This document shows, in pieces, positions 48,769-58,268 of a stretch of DNA of 64,000 bases. Both the position numbers and the translations under genes were made by a program. Source of the DNA: Thermoproteota archaeon (GTDB taxonomy: Archaea; Thermoproteota; Thermoprotei; Thermofilales; B9-G17). The notes under the pieces were generated by a model, which was not told the origin of the DNA, did not search any database, and saw only the letters and a program-made list of their open reading frames with translations. The stretch's first letter is position 1. The number at the start of each line of letters is the position of its first letter. The DNA lies in the NCBI GenBank assembly GCA_029258885.1, contig JAPDJW010000019.1, positions 1 through 64,000 on the forward strand, in the 5' to 3' direction.

Positions 48769-49728
48769 CTAGGGCAGTTTTACGTTAACCTTAACGAGGT
48801 TTTTCTTACTAAGCTTATATACTATTTTCATTGATTCATCGATTGATAGACCGCTGTATCTGGATACAAGCTCAACTAGCTCATGAAATCTTATCGATCT
48901 ACCATCTAATGCTCTACCTATTTTACCTATCTCCTTCAGTACTCTAGTCTCCTCTTTACTAAGCATTTCGCTAACCACCCTTTTAAGGAAATCCATATAC
49001 TCTCTTATCTTAGCCCCGTAGCCCACAAGAGATTCGTCCGTATATGGCGCCCTCTGCTCTATCAAGTCGAGTTTTCTCTCAGTCTCGCTAATCCATTCCT
49101 TAATCCTTGTAACTTTCTCCTTATCTTCAAGGACAGCAATTCTATCAGCTATCTGAGCTAGACTACGTAGAGAACCTAGAGATGATCTAATTTCCCTAAT
49201 TCTCTTTAGGACTAATGTACGGCAATTCCTAGTCAACATCCTGAGATCATCGCTTATAACGGCGGCAGTTGAGAGGGCTTCAGAAACCTCTAAGTTCCCT
49301 ATCTTAGTTAGGAAGGCATTATATCTACTTAAGGCTTTAAGCGCTTCACTATACAGGTATTCGTTGAGGTCCTTAGCTAGATTAGCCCAGGCCTCGAGAT
49401 CTGATGCAAGCTTATCCATGTTATCTAGACCGTTTGAAAGCTTATCCAGGTGATCGGCATACCTTATTAGCTTCTTAAGGTAGAGCTCCATATCCCTTAC
49501 GTAGTCCTCGAGGTTTCTAACGAGCGAGCCATCTATCTCGATAGGCTTAAGCTCATACTCCCTGACTATCCTCTCGACCATTGGCTTCAAGTTTCCCCTG
49601 CTAGAATAGACCTTAACAAGTGTATCAACAAGGTTCTCGATCTGTTTCTTAAGCTTCTCCGCCCTATTGAGAATATCCGTGAGAGTCTCTAAATCGGCCC
49701 TTTTAGTTACAAGCTTACCCGTCGACAC
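48769..49728 (-). CDS. Coiled-coil protein with C-terminal wHTH-like segment
   Basis: Heptad-rich 319 aa; ends ELVSRYSGLSIDESMKIVYKLSKKNLVKVNV. Confidence 0.65.
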   Translation of the reverse strand: MSTGKLVTKRADLETLTDILNRAEKLKKQIENLVDTLVKVYSSRGNLKPMVERIVREYELKPIEIDGSLVRNLEDYVRDMELYLKKLIRYADHLDKLSNGLDNMDKLASDLEAWANLAKDLNEYLYSEALKALSRYNAFLTKIGNLEVSEALSTAAVISDDLRMLTRNCRTLVLKRIREIRSSLGSLRSLAQIADRIAVLEDKEKVTRIKEWISETERKLDLIEQRAPYTDESLVGYGAKIREYMDFLKRVVSEMLSKEETRVLKEIGKIGRALDGRSIRFHELVELVSRYSGLSIDESMKIVYKLSKKNLVKVNVKLP

Positions 49729-49812
49729 GTATCATATACTCCTAGGCTTAAATTAAATAAACGTTTAAAATAGCAATCGTTCAACTATTAATGTTCAATT
49801 AATGTATCATAT

Positions 49813-50205
49813 TCAAACTCTGCTGTTGAATAGTTTTAAGCCGTAGCTCTTAAGCCTCTGAAAATGCTTTAAATTATTAGTCCACAGCATTGCCTCCCTA
49901 ACTATGGCCGTAGAAGCAATCATTAAATCCCTAGCATCTATAGGCTCACCTCTCTTCATTAATTCTGCCTCAATTTCAGCGGATTTATCAGCTATCTCCC
50001 TAGTAATTGGAAGTACCTCAATATAGTTTAGGATTAACGGTTTCAGATATGTACGCCCAGTCCTGTAGACACCAACCATGAACTCGAAGAATACTACGGC
50101 GGAGATCTTGAAGTCATAGCGCTCCATGAGGCTAATGATCTCGTTTAATGGCTTCCTCTCTATTAAATCAATGAGTACATCAGTATCTAAGTGAACCTCG
50201 ACCAT
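49813..50205 (-). CDS. vapC: VapC PIN-domain toxin (intact)
   Basis: HLDTDVLID, FEFMVG, DLMIASTA, and WTNN.KHF. Confidence 0.92.
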   Translation of the reverse strand: MVEVHLDTDVLIDLIERKPLNEIISLMERYDFKISAVVFFEFMVGVYRTGRTYLKPLILNYIEVLPITREIADKSAEIEAELMKRGEPIDARDLMIASTAIVREAMLWTNNLKHFQRLKSYGLKLFNSRV

Positions 50206-50438
50206 TTAAGCCCCCTTACCTCCTCGATAGCCCTTCTAAGTTCCTCTAGGCCGCCCTTTCTACGTATCTCCCTAACCTCTTCGGCGAATCCCAGGGCTCT
50301 CATCCGCCTCCAGTACTGGATAAGCCTGCTTATAGCATCCCCTAGACTCTTAGCGTTAAGTTCGCACTTAACTTTCTCAAGCTCCTCAACTATCTCCCTA
50401 CGTAGGGTAATTGTAGTATATCTGCCCAACCCCATCAC
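50187..50438 (-). CDS. vapB: VapB-type antitoxin
   Basis: YTTITLRREIVEEL...SLGDAI..L; overlaps the vapC start. Confidence 0.8.
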   Translation of the reverse strand: MMGLGRYTTITLRREIVEELEKVKCELNAKSLGDAISRLIQYWRRMRALGFAEEVREIRRKGGLEELRRAIEEVRGLKWSRFT

Positions 50439-50453
50439 TCGTATATTTATATA

Positions 50454-50469
50454 TTTATAAATTTATAAA
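50454..50469. promoter_or_regulatory. 16-bp palindrome TTTATAAATTTATAAA upstream of vapBC (TATA/operator candidate)
   Basis: Perfect inverted repeat between divergent vapB and tes. AT-only, so it could be chance. Confidence 0.4.
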
Positions 50470-50602
50470 TTTATCCATTAAATCCTGTTGCTCCGGCATC
50501 GAGAAGTATCCTTTTCCGAAGTTCAGCTTACATTAGCAGGTTGTAATAATGCTTTTATATGTGGAGAGACTGAATATCCTAGTTGTAAATCGTGGTGGTT
50601 CA

Positions 50603-52426
50603 ATGGATTCTCAAAAGATTGTTGAGGAGTTTCGTGTAGACTATAAGTCCCTACTCGACGCCCCTCCTGAGAAGTTTGAGGAGATAGCTAGGCAGATAAG
50701 GCCTAAGCTAATGCCTAAACCCGGGGTAGACTTCAACGTATACCTCACCGAAACCCCCGAGCTTAAGGAAGGGGAGGAGCTGGTAACGTGGACTTTAAGC
50801 CTATGCCCCTACTGTAGGTCCCTGCTTAAGGCCGTAGTATTTAAACGCGACGGTAAGGTTTGGATTAGGAAGAGGTGCCCCGAGCACGGGGAGATTGAGG
50901 AGGTCTACTGGGGGAACGCCGAGCTTTACGAGAGGTTTAGAGAGTGGCAGTACGATGGAAGAGGTATCTCAAACCCGCACCTGGATATAGTCTTCCCCTG
51001 CCCCTTCAACTGTGGATTATGTTCGAGGCATAAGTCCCATCCGGGGCTGGTGAACCTTGTAGCTACCAATAGATGTGATTTAAGCTGCTGGTACTGCTTC
51101 TTCTACGCCAGGAAGGCTGGATACGTGTATGAACCTACTCTAAACCACATCAGATATATGTTGCGGCAGGTTAGGAAGCTTAAGCCATATCCGGCGATAG
51201 CCCTCCAGATAACAGGCGGGGAACCGCTCCTAAGGGACGATATAGTTGAGATAGTTAAGATCGCTAAGGAGGAGGGATTCACGCACGTTCAGGTGAATAC
51301 TACGGGAATTAAGTTAGCCTATGAGCCGGAGCTTGCAGTAAAGCTACGTGAAGCTGGCACGAACGTTTTATACATGAGCTTCGACGGTGTATCGCCGTAT
51401 ACTAACCCTAAGAATCACTGGGAGGTCCCCTACATCCTTGAGAGCCTGAGGAAGGCTAAGCTGGGAGTAGTGCTTGTACCCACCTTGATCAATGGAGTAA
51501 ATACACGTGAACTAGGCGCCATGATAAAGTTCGGGCTTAAACACGTCGATATAGTTAGGGGCGTTAACATGCAGCCAATATCGCTTGTCGGCAGAGTGCC
51601 TAGGGAAGAGAGGCTTAAACTTAGAATAACTATCCCCGATGCTATAATAGAGATTGAGAAGCAGACCGACGGCCAGATATCCAGGTACGATTGGTATCCC
51701 GTCCCCTCGGTTACGCCGATATCCCACTTTATTGAGGCTATCACTGGTAAGCCTAAGATAGAGCTAACGACGCACTTCGCGTGCGGTGCGGCAACCTACG
51801 TCTTTAAGGAGGATAACGAGATAATACCCATAACTAGGTTCGTTGACGTCGGCGGATTTTTGAGATATCTCGAGGAGAAGGCTCAGGAGATAAATAGAGG
51901 CAGAAGTAAGTACATAGTTCTTCTAGAGACCCTAATTAAGCTGAGGAAGTTCGTCGACCTAAGCAAGGCTCCACGTAGGCTCAGAGAGAAGGGTAGACTC
52001 CTAAAGCACCTATACAGGATATTTATTAAACACGACTACCGGTCGCTGGGCGAATTCCACTATGATGCACTATTCCTGGGAATGATGCACTTCCAGGATC
52101 TCTTCAATCACGACTTGGCGAGAGTTCAGAGGTGCGACGTACACTATGTCATGCCTGATGGAAGGGAGGTGCCGTTCTGCACATTCAACGTAATACCCGA
52201 GATATATAGGGATAGGGCTCAGAAAGCCTTCTCCTTTACGATAAGGGAATGGGAAGAGCTTACCGGTAGGAGATTAATCAGCTATAAGTATAAACGCAAT
52301 ATAAAGAAGCTGATAAGCAATGAGATCTACAGGAAGGCATACGAGGGGATATTCGACGTCGACTCGGTAAGCTATGAGGAGCAGGTGAAGCTCTCCAAGA
52401 GGTTCGGAATACCCGTGGTAGAATAG
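50603..52426 (+). CDS. tes: Tetraether lipid synthase (radical SAM, MJ0619/GDGT-MAS family)
   Basis: SLCPYC..KRCPEHG, CPFNCGLC..H, TNRCDLSCWYCF, and RCDVHY..PDGR.VPFC. Likely start is ATG 50603 after a GGTGG SD. Confidence 0.88.
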   Translation: MDSQKIVEEFRVDYKSLLDAPPEKFEEIARQIRPKLMPKPGVDFNVYLTETPELKEGEELVTWTLSLCPYCRSLLKAVVFKRDGKVWIRKRCPEHGEIEEVYWGNAELYERFREWQYDGRGISNPHLDIVFPCPFNCGLCSRHKSHPGLVNLVATNRCDLSCWYCFFYARKAGYVYEPTLNHIRYMLRQVRKLKPYPAIALQITGGEPLLRDDIVEIVKIAKEEGFTHVQVNTTGIKLAYEPELAVKLREAGTNVLYMSFDGVSPYTNPKNHWEVPYILESLRKAKLGVVLVPTLINGVNTRELGAMIKFGLKHVDIVRGVNMQPISLVGRVPREERLKLRITIPDAIIEIEKQTDGQISRYDWYPVPSVTPISHFIEAITGKPKIELTTHFACGAATYVFKEDNEIIPITRFVDVGGFLRYLEEKAQEINRGRSKYIVLLETLIKLRKFVDLSKAPRRLREKGRLLKHLYRIFIKHDYRSLGEFHYDALFLGMMHFQDLFNHDLARVQRCDVHYVMPDGREVPFCTFNVIPEIYRDRAQKAFSFTIREWEELTGRRLISYKYKRNIKKLISNEIYRKAYEGIFDVDSVSYEEQVKLSKRFGIPVVE

Positions 52427-52444
52427 CCCCATAGGGGTGTTTGG

Positions 52445-52909
52445 ATGAAGATAAAGTCGTACGACTTCAAGCTGAAGCTATACGATCCAAAGAATATGGA
52501 TATCGACGTTAAGACGTTAGTCTACAGCGTTGTCGACGATGAGATCAGCGAGATAAAGGGGAGCGACGAGCCGATAACGCTTGACGACTTCATCGATTTT
52601 GACCGAGAATTCAGCAATAATATTTTAATAACCTTCACCGACGCGATACATGGAGAATTTAAGGGAGTAAGGAAGATACATGTTGTAGAGGGTAAGCCAA
52701 GGTTCATACTGAAAGTCTACCTAATACGGTTAAACGGGGAGAAGCATAGGCTGTACAGGGTACTTCGCATTAAAGACAGCGGTTTGGAGGATGTATACAT
52801 GGATAGGTTATACGAGCCTAAACCCGAGAAAACTAGAATCGAAAATGTATCTAAAATTATAGGATTGCCGCCCAGTAAGCTACCATTTAGCCTCGGAAGT
52901 AAGAGCTAG
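52445..52909 (+). CDS. Hypothetical protein
   Basis: 154-aa ORF 18 bp after tes, with GGGGTG SD. Confidence 0.7.
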   Translation: MKIKSYDFKLKLYDPKNMDIDVKTLVYSVVDDEISEIKGSDEPITLDDFIDFDREFSNNILITFTDAIHGEFKGVRKIHVVEGKPRFILKVYLIRLNGEKHRLYRVLRIKDSGLEDVYMDRLYEPKPEKTRIENVSKIIGLPPSKLPFSLGSKS

Positions 52910-53707
52910 ATCCTCAATTCCAGCTAGATATATTTTTCTTTCAAGCTCGCTGCTTTCAACCAATGCCCGTGCATAGACTCTACCGAACTCCGTCAGCTCT
53001 ATCCTCCTATGCCTCCCCCTATGGAGCTTATAGACGAGCCCCTTCCTAGTTAGGGAGTCGATTAGCCTGCTAAACCTGTTCTTAGCTGCAGCATTATACC
53101 TGGGGTTAGGCACGCCGCACCACCTCATCAACTGTATTATCGAGTTAGCCTTACCGCCCTTCTCGTAGAGTATCCGGATAATCTTCTCGGACTCCTCATC
53201 CTCGAACAACCTAACCGCACGACCCGGCAGGTCGATTATCTGAGGCTTTAATCCACGCTTATTATCCTTACTTCTAATCCAGTCCTCGAAGGTAGGTGTA
53301 TTAGGGGCTGGAATGAAATCACCCCTCTTATCGGTCGGGACTATGTAGACCTTAATGCTGGGAAACATGAGTGCAAGCATAGTTATGGCGGAGACGGCCT
53401 CCGGAGGCATATCAGTTATATCTATAAAGACATCCTTCTTCTCGCTACATTCCCTCCTTAATATAGCATAAACCTTCGAGAAAACGCTTTCAAAAGACTG
53501 CGGATTAACATCAATCATTATAGGTTTAAAGAACTGGAGTATCTGGCGAAGCTTCTCAGCGTTCCTCCTGGAGACGGCGCCGTATCTATCCCTCTTACCA
53601 TCGTAAAGTATGTATATCCTCTCGACGGGGAATTGGCGTCTCAAATAGTCAAATCCATCCAACGCTAGCGTTGGGTGAAATCCAACGTAGTTCACTATGA
53701 CGGCCAT
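52880..53707 (-). CDS. CARF-like domain plus wHTH transcriptional regulator (DUF6293/Csa3-like)
   Basis: Rossmann-like N-terminus (VGFH..., ERIYILY, VFIDITD); C-terminal wHTH (IIRILYEKGG...LIDSLTRKGLV...IELTEFG). Confidence 0.7.
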   Translation of the reverse strand: MAVIVNYVGFHPTLALDGFDYLRRQFPVERIYILYDGKRDRYGAVSRRNAEKLRQILQFFKPIMIDVNPQSFESVFSKVYAILRRECSEKKDVFIDITDMPPEAVSAITMLALMFPSIKVYIVPTDKRGDFIPAPNTPTFEDWIRSKDNKRGLKPQIIDLPGRAVRLFEDEESEKIIRILYEKGGKANSIIQLMRWCGVPNPRYNAAAKNRFSRLIDSLTRKGLVYKLHRGRHRRIELTEFGRVYARALVESSELERKIYLAGIEDLALTSEAKW

Positions 53708-53930
53708 TCCACATCAGCGATAACATCGTATATATTACGATATTATTCTGGTCAATATAATATATATAGTTTATGTATAATAACGAAGATTAACAGACAG
53801 TATCTATTTTGTGATACCATTAGCCTCAACCTCAGTATCATAAAATAGATACCATCAGCTTAAACGGATATAATCGCATTTTTATTTTATACATCTTTAA
53901 TCTTGATATTAAAGGAATTTTTATATTATT

Positions 53931-54980
53931 TTGATAAATATTTATTTTAGCCCAGTGATACGCATGCTATCGTATAAGGAGCTTGGAGTATCATTAACCG
54001 ACCTGAGAATGGTCTTAGATAGGCTTAGAAGAATCTACGAGTATAGGTCTAAGGTTATAGAGTTTACGATAACAGGCGAACCTATAGTATCCCCTTATCC
54101 AGTCCTCAAGGTGTGCGGTAGAGTAGTTAGGGGATATACCATAAGTGAATCTAGGCTAAGGTCTATTGAACCAATACCCCACAGGAAGAGGGTTTTAACC
54201 GCCGATGCATCGATGAAGACTCTATTTGACCTCGGAAACATGAAGATCGTGGTTGCAAAGGTCGCTCTTGGGGTATGGAGGGGTGTCTCGAGAATATATA
54301 CCTCTCAGCCTCTTAGGAGGCTTGCTATAGTATCCACTAGACAGGAGGCAGCTGAGTGGCTACTTAGGATAGAGCTTGAAGCGATAATGGGTAATATGCA
54401 TAGGATAGGGGTTAACGACTACTGTATTCTGGATAGGGGTTTGATGGCCGTACCAGCCTTTAGGAGTTCCACTAGAATGCTCTTTGAGAAGCTTGATGTA
54501 ATGGCATATCGACGTGGGGCGATCCTAGTTGGGATCTCTAAGTCGAGCCAGATATCGCTCAACACGGGGGAGAGTTTGATAGGATATCTCATAAGGTTTG
54601 CGTCCAAGCGGCTGCCGTATACTCCATGGTACTATTACCCGGTGTTTAGGTCAAGCAATATGCCTCCATGGTATATTGGGGAAATCTCTGTGGCTAAGTT
54701 CGACGGCTGGTCTGAGAATGCCTTTAGAGTCGATATCTCGAAGAACTCCCTTAAATCAAGGTATGTCAAGACGATTATGGGCGAGATCGCCTATATGCAG
54801 GATCCCGGTACTCCCGGCTATCCCTATCCGGTTAAGGGGGTGCATAGGGAGTCTAAGATTAGCAGGGATGAGCTTGAGGTATTGAGGATGTCGTTTCTAG
54901 AGGTTCTTAGGGAGGAGAAGCTCTACGATAAATTCACATCCGATCTGGGTACGGCGAGCTTCAGGGAGAAGTATCTCTAG
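53931..54980 (+). CDS. nurA: NurA-family nuclease
   Basis: LTADAS, ILDRGL, VGISKSS, FRVD, and GYPYPVKGVH. Confidence 0.8.
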   Translation: MINIYFSPVIRMLSYKELGVSLTDLRMVLDRLRRIYEYRSKVIEFTITGEPIVSPYPVLKVCGRVVRGYTISESRLRSIEPIPHRKRVLTADASMKTLFDLGNMKIVVAKVALGVWRGVSRIYTSQPLRRLAIVSTRQEAAEWLLRIELEAIMGNMHRIGVNDYCILDRGLMAVPAFRSSTRMLFEKLDVMAYRRGAILVGISKSSQISLNTGESLIGYLIRFASKRLPYTPWYYYPVFRSSNMPPWYIGEISVAKFDGWSENAFRVDISKNSLKSRYVKTIMGEIAYMQDPGTPGYPYPVKGVHRESKISRDELEVLRMSFLEVLREEKLYDKFTSDLGTASFREKYL

Positions 54981-56606
54981 GTGGTGTTTATGGAGATAGG
55001 AGTTGTAGTTTGGGCTGAGGGCTTAACCGTTAAATTCCGGATTAAAAGCGGAGTGTTCGTTGAGAGAGGGGAGCTGGTAAAGGTCGTAGATAGGAACGTC
55101 AAGTTCATACTTAGGGTATACGATTTCAAGCCAGAATCATTGTTGACTCCGGCTGAGATAGCTAGGCTCAGCGAGAAGAGGGAGAGGGGCGAGGAGATAG
55201 TCCTCTACGATAGAAACATCAGGCTATATGACACCGCAATCGCCACCATAGTTGCCCAGGTCGATGAGGATGGGGTAGTCAGGGGACCTACTAGTGTTCC
55301 AGCCCTCTTCACTCAAGTGGAGAGCCTTGAGGCAAAGGATCTAGCTCAATTAAACCTCGATACAGGCGACCTTCCACTGGGCTACGTTAGGGTTGGACAC
55401 AGGGCGTCAAACAAGATAGTCTCGCTTAACGGCAGAAAGGTTATACCCCACCATATACTTGTCTCGGGAGTTACTGGCGCTGGTAAAAGCAACCTCGGCA
55501 GGGTTCTAGCTGCGGCAATAATGATGGCTGAGGAGCCGATATATAGCCTCGTCCTATTCGACTGTGAAAGCGAATATTTCTCAGGGCCTACACCCGATTC
55601 AATGGGTTTAGCGCACCTGCCAGAGGCTGAGGATAGGTTATTCTACGTTACAGGCAAGGTTGTTAGGCCTTCTAAAATTGAGTTTAAGTTCGAGTTCGAG
55701 GGGGAGGAGAGGATACATAGGATTCTAGCTCACCCGCTTGAGGTAGCCTACTCCGACCTGAGTCCAGCGGACTTCTCGATGACCGGCGAGTTCAGCGGGC
55801 CTCAGGAGGAGCTTCTCTGGCTTGCTAGGAGGGTTATGAAGGAGGATTGGCTCAGCTTCCTCCTTAACACATCTGCTGAGGGAATATATAGGAGGCTTAG
55901 GGGGCTTGCCCATAAAAACACGATCAATACCGTTAAGAGGAAGCTTAGGTACCTGCTGGGAGATGGGGATATATTCAGGGAGTTCTGCGATACCTCCCTC
56001 TTTCACGCCGTTTTAAATGCTGTTGGAATGGGTAAGGTGGTCTTAATAGATATACCTCATGCCACCGAGGGTGAGGAGAAGCTGTTGTCGGTTGCCGTTA
56101 CTAGAAGAATATTTAAGACCTATGAGGAGCTTAGAAAGGTATCTCCAAGCGACTGGGAGAAGCTACCATATACTCTAATCACGGTAGAGGAGGCTCACAG
56201 GTATCTCTCCAAGACCAGCCTAACAAGCGGCGGTGAGGTAAGGGAGAATATCTTCTCAATTATAAGTAAGAGAGGCAGGAAGTATAAGGTTGGGGCACTC
56301 TACATAACTCAGATGCCCGGAGAACTAATAGAGCCCGTGGTCAGACAGACATTAACAAAAATAATATTGCCTCTGCCAACGAAACCCGACTACACTAAGA
56401 TAATTCAATACAGCCCCTTCCTCGACGAGGCTGAACAGGAAATTAAGACTCTGGATAGGGGTGAGGCTTTGATAGTATCGCCTATCTCTGGGCTTAGGTT
56501 CGCAGTCCCCGTAAGGATATTTAAGTTCGAGGATATCGCGGTTAAAAGGCTTAGAGGCGAAAGACTAGCATATAGGAGAAGCATAAGGATAACATCCATA
56601 AATTAA
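54981..56606 (+). CDS. herA: HerA-family ATPase/helicase
   Basis: HILVSGVTGAGKSN, FDCESEY, VEEAHRY, and GRKYKVG...TQMP. Confidence 0.9.
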   Translation: MVFMEIGVVVWAEGLTVKFRIKSGVFVERGELVKVVDRNVKFILRVYDFKPESLLTPAEIARLSEKRERGEEIVLYDRNIRLYDTAIATIVAQVDEDGVVRGPTSVPALFTQVESLEAKDLAQLNLDTGDLPLGYVRVGHRASNKIVSLNGRKVIPHHILVSGVTGAGKSNLGRVLAAAIMMAEEPIYSLVLFDCESEYFSGPTPDSMGLAHLPEAEDRLFYVTGKVVRPSKIEFKFEFEGEERIHRILAHPLEVAYSDLSPADFSMTGEFSGPQEELLWLARRVMKEDWLSFLLNTSAEGIYRRLRGLAHKNTINTVKRKLRYLLGDGDIFREFCDTSLFHAVLNAVGMGKVVLIDIPHATEGEEKLLSVAVTRRIFKTYEELRKVSPSDWEKLPYTLITVEEAHRYLSKTSLTSGGEVRENIFSIISKRGRKYKVGALYITQMPGELIEPVVRQTLTKIILPLPTKPDYTKIIQYSPFLDEAEQEIKTLDRGEALIVSPISGLRFAVPVRIFKFEDIAVKRLRGERLAYRRSIRITSIN

Positions 56607-56638
56607 AGCTTATATTTGACTGTAGAGAACACTTATCT

Positions 56639-57340
56639 ATGCAATTAAAGTTATCTAAAGGCGACATCTACGTACTAATAGGCTACGCGATAAGCCTTCT
56701 ACTTGCTGCATCCCTTTACCTACCTTGGGTACATATAGCGGTATCTCAAGACTATATAATAAACGTCTATGGGGGCGATCTCGCTAAAAGATATTTTGTA
56801 GTGTACCTCGTGCTGGCTCCAGTACTTATAGTATCAATACTGCCCATATTCAAGGATAAACCTGATTCTAAATCCGTATACGTGCTAATACCTCTAATCT
56901 CAGCCGTAATACCTGGGCTCGTATATCTCTACATACTTAACATAGCTGGCGATCTAGGGAACTTGACTGTAGTTCCCTTGCCAGCCAATGCCATTCTCTC
57001 AGGCTTTGGGATAGGACTAAACCTCCTGCTCGCGTCGTCCGCTGCATTCGTGGCCTCCTCGATTCTAGCGGCCGTATTCTATAAGCCGCCTATAGTGGAG
57101 GTGAAGATTAAAGAAGTAAAGAAGAAAGTTGAGGAGAAGAAGGAAAAGAAGACAGTTACAGCAGTGCCTAGGGTTAAAGTTCTAAATAGGGAGAAAAAGC
57201 TTGTTTTAAGAAAGCTTAAAAAGCTTGAACAAATGAAGAAGAGTGGGGAGATAGATAAGAAGACCTACAAGAAGCTTAAGGCTAAGTATAAGGCTAGACT
57301 AGTTAAAATAGAGGAGGAGCTGAGGAAGTTATCTACTTAA
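56639..57340 (+). CDS. Membrane protein with Lys-rich coiled-coil tail
   Basis: 4 hydrophobic segments, then a K/E-rich tail (GEIDKKTYKKLK). Confidence 0.7.
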   Translation: MQLKLSKGDIYVLIGYAISLLLAASLYLPWVHIAVSQDYIINVYGGDLAKRYFVVYLVLAPVLIVSILPIFKDKPDSKSVYVLIPLISAVIPGLVYLYILNIAGDLGNLTVVPLPANAILSGFGIGLNLLLASSAAFVASSILAAVFYKPPIVEVKIKEVKKKVEEKKEKKTVTAVPRVKVLNREKKLVLRKLKKLEQMKKSGEIDKKTYKKLKAKYKARLVKIEEELRKLST

Positions 57341-57590
57341 GCTCCTTTACGGGTTTTATCATAAGGTAGCTTATGAGTATCATTACTATAGCTATAAGGA
57401 TGCCTATAATCACCAGTATTGGCCATGCTGTGCCCCAGCCTCCTATTATCGGTATAGGACCTATAAATATCACGACAGCGCCTGAGCTTTCTCCTCCACT
57501 GAATATGGAGGCTATTATTAGGAGTATAATGCCTATAAATGATATCAGTATACCGGCTAGGAAAAGCTTAACTCCTAGAGTTTCATCCAT
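57333..57590 (-). CDS. DUF131/TIGR00304-family membrane protein
   Basis: GAVVIFIGPIPIIGG. Likely start is ATG 57590, overlapping the upstream TGA. Confidence 0.8.
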   Translation of the reverse strand: MDETLGVKLFLAGILISFIGIILLIIASIFSGGESSGAVVIFIGPIPIIGGWGTAWPILVIIGILIAIVMILISYLMIKPVKELK

Positions 57591-57841
57591 CAGCACCACC
57601 ACGTAATGATCATTAGCGCTAGAAATAACAATATTACAGATATCGTAAATATTAATGCCCACTTAACTACTTCCTTATCCGTCCCAAGTATTATCGGTAT
57701 AGGCCCTATTAGAATTACTCCGCCAGCCTTAACCTCGCCCTCAGCCCTACCCTTAATGCCTGAAATTATAGTTATAATTATGCCTATTAAAGCTAGGAGG
57801 AAACCCATTAGTATTAGCAATAGACCTATCGTCCAGAGCAT
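57590..57841 (-). CDS. DUF131/TIGR00304-family membrane protein
   Basis: AGGVILIGPIPIILGTD. Confidence 0.85.
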   Translation of the reverse strand: MLWTIGLLLILMGFLLALIGIIITIISGIKGRAEGEVKAGGVILIGPIPIILGTDKEVVKWALIFTISVILLFLALMIITWWC

Positions 57842-57858
57842 GTTCTCAACTTGTATAG

Positions 57859-58185
57859 CTAGGTTGGATATGGAGGCGGAGCGTATGCTGTTGATTTCCT
57901 CATTTCATCAACTGCCTCGTCGACTATAAACTTTACGTAGGTTGCAATAACTCCTAGTGTCATTATTATTCCGCCAATAAGACCGGTTATCGAGAGGAGG
58001 ACCATAAAGCCGCCGAGCATATCTAATACCTCGCTTGGTTGGGCACCGCTTTGGATAGCGCCCATTACCATTCCAATACTGCCTATGACCGGTAGAACTA
58101 TTATAATTGAGCCTAGTATGACCCAGAGCAGCGATACAACAAGTATTTTTAATGCTACTATGAAGCTTCTACCCCAGGATACCAT
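57859..58185 (-). CDS. Small membrane protein with PPPY-containing tail
   Basis: 2 TM segments; ends AYAPPPYPT. Confidence 0.75.
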   Translation of the reverse strand: MVSWGRSFIVALKILVVSLLWVILGSIIIVLPVIGSIGMVMGAIQSGAQPSEVLDMLGGFMVLLSITGLIGGIIMTLGVIATYVKFIVDEAVDEMRKSTAYAPPPYPT

Positions 58186-58268
58186 TACATCACCGTATAT
58201 TCTATAGATAGAAACTCCTTTTATAAATTAGCATTACTTAAAAGCATGAGAACATAACTATTATATCG

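Noticed and set aside
50480-50545. Possible structured RNA (CCTGTTG...TAGCAGG stem) upstream of tes
   Set aside because: Only a 7-bp stem with two G-U pairs, and no C/D boxes or riboswitch signature recognised.
50549-52426. MoaA or pterin dimethyltransferase annotation
   Set aside because: The extra Cys clusters (CPYC/CPEHG, CPFNCGLC, C-terminal C..PFC) fit the Tes/MJ0619 family.
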